A stretch of DNA of 64,000 nucleotides from Phoronis australis (lineage: Eukaryota > Animalia > Phoronida), in assembly GCA_002633005.1 (NCBI GenBank), contig NMRA01000724.1, positions 68,328 to 132,327 on the forward strand, read 5' to 3'. Shown here piece after piece: positions 63,778 through 64,000 of the stretch. Each line of letters opens with the position of its first letter. The first letter of the stretch is position 1. Under the pieces are notes generated by a model, which was given only the letters and a program-made list of their open reading frames with translations, did not search any database and was not told the DNA's origin. The position numbers and the translations under genes are program-made.

Positions 63778-64000
63778 CAACTGTTACACTCATTGATTCA
63801 ATAACTGTATATCTAGTCTATAGCTGGCTCTCTATTGACTAACTGTACCTGCTGATTCTGTAACTGCAACGCAACTGTAACTTTAACTCAACTCAACTGA
63901 CTCATCTGACTTCAAATTTTTCACCAATTCAAGCGCATTTTATAGTAACCCTCCGGAATCTACTCAATCATTTCACATGCACTATTCTAGGCTTTAGAAT

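Overview
This looks like AT-rich, repeat-dense invertebrate animal DNA from a scaffold with two N-gaps. Two host genes are supported. The first is an intact, intronless UDP-glucuronosyltransferase (minus strand, 4607-6187) whose 5' flank is duplicated at the window start. The second is a multi-exon TNF-receptor-superfamily gene (plus strand, 23879 to beyond 60982) that the ORF track misses almost completely. Its ectodomain and first introns resemble vertebrate osteoprotegerin/DcR3, but it has a transmembrane exon and a cytoplasmic tail built from skippable phase 1-1 exons. The remaining DNA is mostly nested transposons identified by termini and target-site duplications (TSDs): a Kolobok relic (THAP plus KolX/P2X7-ballast-like gene), an ISL2EU-like relic (THAP-SWIM-YqaJ), an Academ relic inside a 6-bp-TSD hAT-like element, IS3EU-like elements, tandem Helentron/HINE copies, Tc1/mariner and Harbinger MITEs, and a solo LTR. 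All family assignments come from motif recognition by eye; no searches were run. Most short ORFs in the track are noise.
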